Assembly (NCBI GenBank): GCA_913020075.1
Contig: CAJWAE010000001.1
Location: forward strand, 1,425-65,424
Direction of reading: 5' to 3'
Length of the DNA: 64,000 bases
Origin: an uncultured Flavobacteriaceae bacterium
Lineage (GTDB): Bacteria; Bacteroidota; Bacteroidia; Flavobacteriales; Flavobacteriaceae
Part shown: positions 58,002 to 64,000 of the stretch, piece by piece
Layout: each line of letters opens with the position of its first letter
Position numbering within the stretch: the stretch's first letter is position 1
Translations under genes and position numbers: made by a program
Notes under the pieces: generated by a model
Told to the model about the DNA's origin: nothing
What the model saw: the letters and a program-made list of their open reading frames with translations, nothing else
The model's database searches: none

Positions 58002-58796
58002 TTAAAAAATTCCTCCTGAACTTCCTCCATCCACCTTAATGACTGAACCATTTGTAGCAGAAGCAAGTGGACTACAAATATATGCAATTGTATTTCCTAC
58101 TTCATCTGTTGAGGCAAAGCGTTGCAGTAATGATGATGGTCGCTCTGTCTTGAAAAAATTTCTTTCTATCATTTGTAGATCTTTGTCCTCAACTTGAGCT
58201 TTATCGGCTAAAAATCGCTGTGCGCCTTCACTAAGAGTAGAGCCAGGAACCACAGTATTTACTGTTACACCTGTTTCCTTTGTAAGTTGAGAAAGACCTC
58301 TTGATGTTGCATGCATAGCTGCCTTAGTTGAACTATAGGAAATCATATCTTGAGGAACCAAGTAAGCACATTCACTGGAAATAAACAAAATACGTCCCCA
58401 ATTTCTTTTTAACATTCCATTCAAATAATGTTGAGATAATTGAACACCACTCATTAAATTAACTTGAAATTGTTCTATCCATGAATCAATTGAAGTTTCA
58501 AAAAAGGATTGTGATTTATAGATCCCTACATTATTTATTAAAATATCAATCTCTGGTAACTGATCAATACAGTTTTTTGCAGCCGAAGAACTTCTAAAAT
58601 CAGCTACTATCCCAAAAACATTTGCATCAGAAACCGAATCATTTAGTTTCTTTATTGCTTCGTTTACGGTCTCTTCAGATCTTCCGTTAATATATACTTG
58701 CATCCCTTGATCTAAAAGTATTCGTGCAGTTGAAAAGCCAATCCCAGACGTAGATCCCGTTATAAATGCTATTTTTTCCTTTAAATTGAAATTCAT
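58002..58796 (-). CDS. SDR family oxidoreductase
   Basis: ITGSTSGIGF (TGxxxGxG), NNVG, and YSSTKAA (YxxxK). Confidence 0.85.
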   Translation of the reverse strand: MNFNLKEKIAFITGSTSGIGFSTARILLDQGMQVYINGRSEETVNEAIKKLNDSVSDANVFGIVADFRSSSAAKNCIDQLPEIDILINNVGIYKSQSFFETSIDSWIEQFQVNLMSGVQLSQHYLNGMLKRNWGRILFISSECAYLVPQDMISYSSTKAAMHATSRGLSQLTKETGVTVNTVVPGSTLSEGAQRFLADKAQVEDKDLQMIERNFFKTERPSSLLQRFASTDEVGNTIAYICSPLASATNGSVIKVDGGSSGGIF

Positions 58797-58821
58797 TTTA
58801 AATATTTTACCTAAAACAAAA

Positions 58822-59778
58822 TTACCATTTTTTTAATCCTAATAATTTTTCGCCTAAAGTACTTAATTCAGCTTTTTGGTATTTAGTTTGCTCCCATTTT
58901 CTTGGATCGCCAGGGAAAGCATATCCTTCAGGAGCAATTCGATGTTTCCAAGAATTAATTCTCCACTCTTTGAGAGATTTATTTTCTTCCTCAGCTGGCA
59001 TCATAGAAATATATTGAGCAATCCGTACCTTGTTTTTCGATTTGTTTGTACGGATACCATGGGCTAAAAGACTATTGAAAATAAGTAGATCACCTGATTC
59101 TAGTGATACTTTTTCTATTTTATCTTCTAAGTCTGAAATGTCCGGTTGGAATCTATTTCTATCTTCAGGTTGAGTTAATTTCCAACTATCATAGTTTTGA
59201 TACAACCATGGAATACATTGAAAGCCTCCCATCTGGGTATCAATCTGATCTGAAAGTGCTATCACACCTTGGACATTCTCAGGTTTAGTTTCAGGGTCGT
59301 AGTCCCAATGAATAAAAGCTTTATAATCAAAACCCTCTTTAATTGGAAAGTTAAGATTTGCTCTATCTATAGTAACCCAGAGCTTATCCGTTCCCCATAC
59401 ATCTGAAAAGGCGTCATATATTTTTTGGGACTCTCTATTAGACCACAAATATTGATGATTATATACCTCAACCATACCAGTTCCAGCGAGCTCTTTCATT
59501 TGCATTTCTGCACGAGGAGCGGTATACCAAGTACTAGAATCTTTTGGATTCTTTTCTTCAAATTCCCATAAAAAATTTGCCGTTTTTTTTACTTGATCGT
59601 TAGTAAGTGCATTTTTTATAATAACATAGCCTTTTTCTCTCCAAAAATCCCACTGCTCGTCAGAAAGTAACTTTAAGACTTCATTATTTGATCTTGTATT
59701 TAGCTTTATTGAGCTACTTTTGGAGGCTGAAGGATTTCCAGGAATATCCTTATGCTCACTCTCGAATTTTGGATTCAT
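58822..59778 (-). CDS. Phytanoyl-CoA dioxygenase (PhyH) family Fe(II)/2-oxoglutarate oxygenase
   Basis: WREKGYVIIKNAL, an HWD facial-triad context, and LIFNSLLAHG. Confidence 0.7.
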   Translation of the reverse strand: MNPKFESEHKDIPGNPSASKSSSIKLNTRSNNEVLKLLSDEQWDFWREKGYVIIKNALTNDQVKKTANFLWEFEEKNPKDSSTWYTAPRAEMQMKELAGTGMVEVYNHQYLWSNRESQKIYDAFSDVWGTDKLWVTIDRANLNFPIKEGFDYKAFIHWDYDPETKPENVQGVIALSDQIDTQMGGFQCIPWLYQNYDSWKLTQPEDRNRFQPDISDLEDKIEKVSLESGDLLIFNSLLAHGIRTNKSKNKVRIAQYISMMPAEEENKSLKEWRINSWKHRIAPEGYAFPGDPRKWEQTKYQKAELSTLGEKLLGLKKW

Positions 59779-59855
59779 AAAGTTTTAATATTTATTATTA
59801 TGAAGATATAAAAAAATACATCTTGTTTAAAATATGTATTTTACAATGAAAACTT

Positions 59856-61265
59856 TTATAATTTTAATCCAAAGTAAAATTCTAAAACTTTTAATTTGAA
59901 AATATAATCATATTTAGCTCTAATAATATCTGATGAAGCGATTTCATAACGTTGTTTAGCTTGAATGAAATCGAAAGAATTCATTACACCAGCTTCAAAA
60001 CGATTATTTGCAATTTCAAAAGCTTGTTTTCGAGCAATTAATGTTTTATCCGATGCTTGAAAAAACTTAAGAGCACCTTCTGCATTATTGTATGCCTGAT
60101 TAATTGTATTTTCTAAATCTAATTTTGTTTGTTCAAACTGATTTTCAATACGCTCGAGATTTAGAACTCTGCGCTTAATGTTGTTACGAGCAGCAGATCC
60201 ATTAAAAATTGGAATATTAAGAGATAGACCATAGCTATGACCGTCATTTTGACCAAATTGATTTCCAAAAGATAATGGCTCAGCTAATTGTCGCTCTGGA
60301 AATTGAGTTACTACCAGTGCTCCATTATCCTTTACAAAGCCAACTGGAACCTCTAAGGCGTTTCCTGTTTGAACTAATATGTCACTATATGAAATACGAG
60401 TATTATAATTATAAAATGCCGATACAGAGGGCGCAAGAGTTCCTTTAGCTATATCAATATCTTTTTTTGCAATTTCAATATTAGTGACTCCTAATTTGAT
60501 ATCATTCCTAAAAGTTAGTGCTTTTTCGAAAATATCTTTAGGGTTTTTTAATAGAATTTCGGATATGGGAATTTCAAAGTCTTCTGAGGATATATCAAAT
60601 TTTTCATAATCAGTAATTAAAAGTAATTGTGCTAAACTTATACGAGATAAACGATAAGAATTTTCTGCTTGAATTAATGATTGCTCTTGCTGGGCCAAAT
60701 TAGCTTCTATTTCATAAATGTCCGCACGAGTCAAAACTCCAGCACTAATTCGATCTTGAGTTCGCTTAACATCTTTTTGAGTAAGCTCGAGTTGATAACG
60801 CTGAACTTGAGCAAGTTCTCTATTAAATTTAACCTGTAAAAATGCATTTGCAACAAAAAGGCTTATATCATCTTTCATATCATCTAATTGATATTGCCCT
60901 GCAATTAAATTTAGATTGGCTCTCGCTAGTTGGTTTATGTTTTGTCTACCATTAAAAATGGTTACACCAACATTTGCACCAAAAGAAGAAAATTGAGTTG
61001 TTAAGTTTTCAATTAATCCAGTGGTGATATTTTGACTTAAACCACTATTCCAAATGTGTTGCGATTGTGCATTCAATTGGGGTAAAAAATTACCCATTGC
61101 ATCTGATTTATCAATTTTTGATCCTTCTAAATTAATTTCAGATTGTTTGATACTGATATTTTTATCTAAAGCAATAAGCACACATTCCTCTAAGGTATAT
61201 GCTTTTCCCTGTGCAGAAACTACAAAGGTCATTATTGAAAGCAAGAAAGTTACAAATGTTTTCAT
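59856..61265 (-). CDS. TolC family outer membrane efflux protein
   Basis: Signal peptide and two OEP repeats (LEECVLIALDKNISIKQSE...). It is the last gene of the efflux operon. Confidence 0.85.
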   Translation of the reverse strand: MKTFVTFLLSIMTFVVSAQGKAYTLEECVLIALDKNISIKQSEINLEGSKIDKSDAMGNFLPQLNAQSQHIWNSGLSQNITTGLIENLTTQFSSFGANVGVTIFNGRQNINQLARANLNLIAGQYQLDDMKDDISLFVANAFLQVKFNRELAQVQRYQLELTQKDVKRTQDRISAGVLTRADIYEIEANLAQQEQSLIQAENSYRLSRISLAQLLLITDYEKFDISSEDFEIPISEILLKNPKDIFEKALTFRNDIKLGVTNIEIAKKDIDIAKGTLAPSVSAFYNYNTRISYSDILVQTGNALEVPVGFVKDNGALVVTQFPERQLAEPLSFGNQFGQNDGHSYGLSLNIPIFNGSAARNNIKRRVLNLERIENQFEQTKLDLENTINQAYNNAEGALKFFQASDKTLIARKQAFEIANNRFEAGVMNSFDFIQAKQRYEIASSDIIRAKYDYIFKLKVLEFYFGLKL

Positions 61266-61335
61266 CTGTTGTATTTTATAATATTAATTAGCTTTTTTGT
61301 TATTAATTATTTCTACGCTTTCGCTTCCCTTTTGA

Positions 61336-62454
61336 TTAATCTTCATCTTCATCACCCTTTTTTATAGGTTCTGTTTTATTCCATACTTTTATTTCATCCT
61401 CTTCCGATAAGCCTAAAATAATCTCTGTATTAATTCCGTCCGAGATTCCAATTTCAATATCTCTTCGCTCAAATTTCTGTTCTCCTAATGAAACCTCGAC
61501 ATAAGGTTTATTAGTATCTCTGTCAAATTGTAAAAGAGATTCAGATATAACTAAAATACTGTCTTTGCGTTGAAGTACTAATGATGCATTGGCGCTGTAA
61601 CCTGCACGGACAAATAAAGAATCATTTAAAAATAGATCTGCTTCAATAATGAATTTGACAGCACCCTGTTCTTCGTTTCCTTTAGGTGCAATAAATTTTA
61701 ATTTTGCTTTTAAAAATTGATTTTCAATTGCTCCAAGGCTTACCTCCAGTGCCATTCCAACTTTTAGTTTACCTACTTCTGCTTCATCAACTTTTCCTTC
61801 AAAAATCATCTTATTTAAGTCAGCAATAGTAGCAATAGTACTACCTGCATTAAAACTATTACTGGCAATAACTTGAAAACCTTCCTCAACTGGAATTTCA
61901 AGAATGGTTCCTGGTACTGTTGCACGTATATTTGTATTAGCAGAGGCCGCACCTCCAGCAGATCCTAAACGAATAATTTGTAAATCAGAAGTAGCATTAG
62001 AAACATCTTGCTTAGCCCTACTATAATTTAGCTGTGAATTCTGAAATTCTTGTTTAGAAATAATTTCTTTGGTGAATAAATCGTTACTCCTGTCAAATTC
62101 TATTTTGCTATTACTTAAAGTAATCTTAGAATTTGCTAAACGTCCTTTTGCAGTATTTAAACTTTGTTCATTGGGAACCACTTTGATTTTAGCCAGTAAA
62201 TCACCAAAAACTACTTGATCCCCTTCTTTAACAAAAATAGTTTCAATAATTCCTTGAATTTGAGGTTTAATTTCTACTTCATCTTCAGGAATTACTTTTC
62301 CAGTAACTACTGTTTTCTTCTCAATTGAAGAGATAAAAGCTTTTTCTATTTCATACTCAATAACAGACTTGCTGTTGGTTTTTATAAAATAAGCAGCAGC
62401 AAATAAAGCTCCTAATATTAATAGTGTAATTCCAATGTATTTTAAAATTTTCAT
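61336..62454 (-). CDS. Efflux transporter periplasmic adaptor subunit (HlyD/MacA-like)
   Basis: N-terminal TM, lipoyl-like GKVIPEDEVEIKPQIQGIIETIFVKEGDQV, a coiled-coil hairpin and a beta-barrel domain. Confidence 0.85.
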   Translation of the reverse strand: MKILKYIGITLLILGALFAAAYFIKTNSKSVIEYEIEKAFISSIEKKTVVTGKVIPEDEVEIKPQIQGIIETIFVKEGDQVVFGDLLAKIKVVPNEQSLNTAKGRLANSKITLSNSKIEFDRSNDLFTKEIISKQEFQNSQLNYSRAKQDVSNATSDLQIIRLGSAGGAASANTNIRATVPGTILEIPVEEGFQVIASNSFNAGSTIATIADLNKMIFEGKVDEAEVGKLKVGMALEVSLGAIENQFLKAKLKFIAPKGNEEQGAVKFIIEADLFLNDSLFVRAGYSANASLVLQRKDSILVISESLLQFDRDTNKPYVEVSLGEQKFERRDIEIGISDGINTEIILGLSEEDEIKVWNKTEPIKKGDEDED

Positions 62455-62478
62455 GGTATTTATTATATATAATTTTTA

Positions 62479-63753
62479 TTATTCTTCTCTTAATGCATCA
62501 ATTGGTTTAATACTTATTGCCCGTTGTGCAGGGATCAATCCAATCAGTGTCCCTAAAAAAACCATTATAAACAGAGCTCCTAAAACAAAAGGGATTGGAA
62601 CTGTGGGATTAGTGTAGGGGAAATCCGTCATATCAATAGTAGCTGCATTGATCCCTGCTAAAACAAAAGCTCCTAATATAATTCCTAATATTCCGGCGAC
62701 AACAGTTAAAAATACAGATTCCAGAATAATTTGATTTCTAACTTCAGCAGGTGTAGCACCTAATGCCCTTCGAACTCCTAATTCTTTGGTACGTTCTTTG
62801 ACTGAAATCAAAAGTATATTTCCAATTCCAATAACTCCAGCAATAATAGTAGCTATTCCTACAATTAGGGACAATAGAGTCATTCCTCTTGCAAATCCTA
62901 CAATTTTATTGAAAATTTCACCCAAATTAAAACCACCAAATGCACGTTCATCTTCAGGGGAAACTCGATGAATGCTTTTTAAAACTGTTTTGATATCTTT
63001 TTCTACTGCTACTACATCCGCCTCATCGTAGGCAGCTATTGTAAACCATTGAACTATATCTCCGGTATTATACAACTTCCTAAAAGTTTCAAAGGGTATA
63101 AAAATATCTCCATCAGTTTCAAATCCACCTCCAGGTATAAACTTATGAACTCCTATCACTTGAAAATAAATATCATCTATTTTAATGTATTGTCCAATGG
63201 GGTTTTCGTCTTTTTCAAATAATTCAGCCTGTGTTTGTTCACCTATTACACAAACTTTTCGTTTGTATTTTATATCCTCTTCATTTATAAATCTACCTCC
63301 ATCATAAATCTTTTTGGTAGCTATTTTCGTGAATTCTGGGAAGTCGCCATAAATATTAAAATTACTTGATTTATTTTTTCGAACTACCAAAGGACTTGAG
63401 CTACCAAATACACCCTTTGCATTTCTAGGAGATATAAATTCAATTTCAGGAACTCTTTTTTTTAAAAAATCAATATCTGAAAGTTTAAGTTCAATTTGTC
63501 TACCAATTTTAAATCCATCATAAGGAATACTAGTTTGTTGGGCCCAAATGAACATTGAATTCATCGCAATATTTTCAAATTGACGTTCAAATCCGTTATC
63601 TAAACCTTTAGCAGCTCCAGAGAGAACGATATATATAAAGATCCCCCAGAGAACACCAATAATAGTTATTACTGTTCGTATCTTATTTTTAGAAATAGAT
63701 CCAAATATTTCTTGCCAGGTATCACGATCAAATATGACTTTAAAACTATTCAT
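62479..63753 (-). CDS. ABC transporter permease, MacB/FtsX type
   Basis: MacB_PCD-like periplasmic domain between TM1 and TM2. C-terminal FtsX motif ERTKELGVRRALGA. Confidence 0.85.
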   Translation of the reverse strand: MNSFKVIFDRDTWQEIFGSISKNKIRTVITIIGVLWGIFIYIVLSGAAKGLDNGFERQFENIAMNSMFIWAQQTSIPYDGFKIGRQIELKLSDIDFLKKRVPEIEFISPRNAKGVFGSSSPLVVRKNKSSNFNIYGDFPEFTKIATKKIYDGGRFINEEDIKYKRKVCVIGEQTQAELFEKDENPIGQYIKIDDIYFQVIGVHKFIPGGGFETDGDIFIPFETFRKLYNTGDIVQWFTIAAYDEADVVAVEKDIKTVLKSIHRVSPEDERAFGGFNLGEIFNKIVGFARGMTLLSLIVGIATIIAGVIGIGNILLISVKERTKELGVRRALGATPAEVRNQIILESVFLTVVAGILGIILGAFVLAGINAATIDMTDFPYTNPTVPIPFVLGALFIMVFLGTLIGLIPAQRAISIKPIDALREE

Positions 63754-64000
63754 CTCTTAATGCGATTATGGGTTTAATACTTGATGCACGCTTAGCGGGA
63801 ATATAACCGGCAATTGCGCCAAATAGGATTAAAATAATAGTAGCCATTATAGCTGTACTAATATTAATATAAGGATTTTTAATAAAATAAAACTCCAATT
63901 TTAATTCTATATTATTTAATACAAGAACTCCTAACATTAAACCAAAATATCCTGAAATAGTAGTAATAAAAACTGATTCTTGAAGAATCATTTGAATTAT
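63746..64000 (-). CDS. ABC transporter permease, MacB/FtsX type (C-terminal end only; the gene continues beyond the window)
   Basis: C-terminus ...GYIPAKRASSIKPIIALRDE. The frame stays open upstream of the track's ATG to position 64000. It overlaps the next permease gene by 8 nt. Confidence 0.75.
   Translation of the reverse strand: MIQMILQESVFITTISGYFGLMLGVLVLNNIELKLEFYFIKNPYINISTAIMATIILILFGAIAGYIPAKRASSIKPIIALRDE

Noticed and set aside
59856-64000. TolC/HlyD/two FtsX-permease operon as something unusual
   Set aside because: This is the standard MacAB-TolC-type efflux arrangement common in Bacteroidota. The ATPase gene presumably lies beyond the window edge.

Overview
AT-rich, very tightly packed chromosomal segment that looks like a Flavobacteriia (Bacteroidota) genome. 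The grounds are a T9SS C-terminal sorting domain on a giant protease, TAnnTTTG -7 promoter boxes, CarboxypepD_reg-type TonB-dependent receptors, and the gene order nadK-DUF6089-uppS-bamA-ompH-ompH. Most of the window is housekeeping:
- mutS (partial, runs off the left edge and is absent from the ORF track), a trmH-like gene, a folK-dNK fusion, sppA, a yhhQ-like gene and an rluF-like gene
- clpX-clpP-tig, rpsP-rimM, scoAB-like CoA transferase, etfAB, tRNA-Leu(CAA), prs-rplY-pth
- ribF, serS, rsmA, mgtE, lysC-like aspartate kinase, pdxJ, nadK, uppS, bamA, two skp/ompH genes, nifU-like, tsaB
- a TolC/HlyD/FtsX efflux operon running off the right edge

The non-core part is about 20.5-33.1 kb. It holds an FGE sulfatase maturase and a Cys-type sulfatase, two exported TIM-barrel enzymes, SOUL/HEBP-like and RidA lipoproteins, and an exported ADP-ribosylglycohydrolase. 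Interleaved with these are four decayed gene remnants that I found by translating ORF-free DNA myself: a DUF1080 pseudogene, an FGGY kinase N-terminus, the C-terminal half of era, and a tyrosine-integrase fragment.

I see no rRNA, CRISPR array, IS/transposase, intact integrase, restriction-modification system or recognisable defence system. I cannot point to a clear-cut novel system. The best leads are:
- the mosaic island with its remnants
- a three-gene TonB receptor / acidic lipoprotein / His-rich membrane protein operon
- the DUF2797-GH3 divergent pair
- the HPPK-dNK fusion
- a translationally coupled lipoprotein plus 1287-aa T9SS metalloprotease pair

All family assignments rest on motif recognition by eye, not on database searches.
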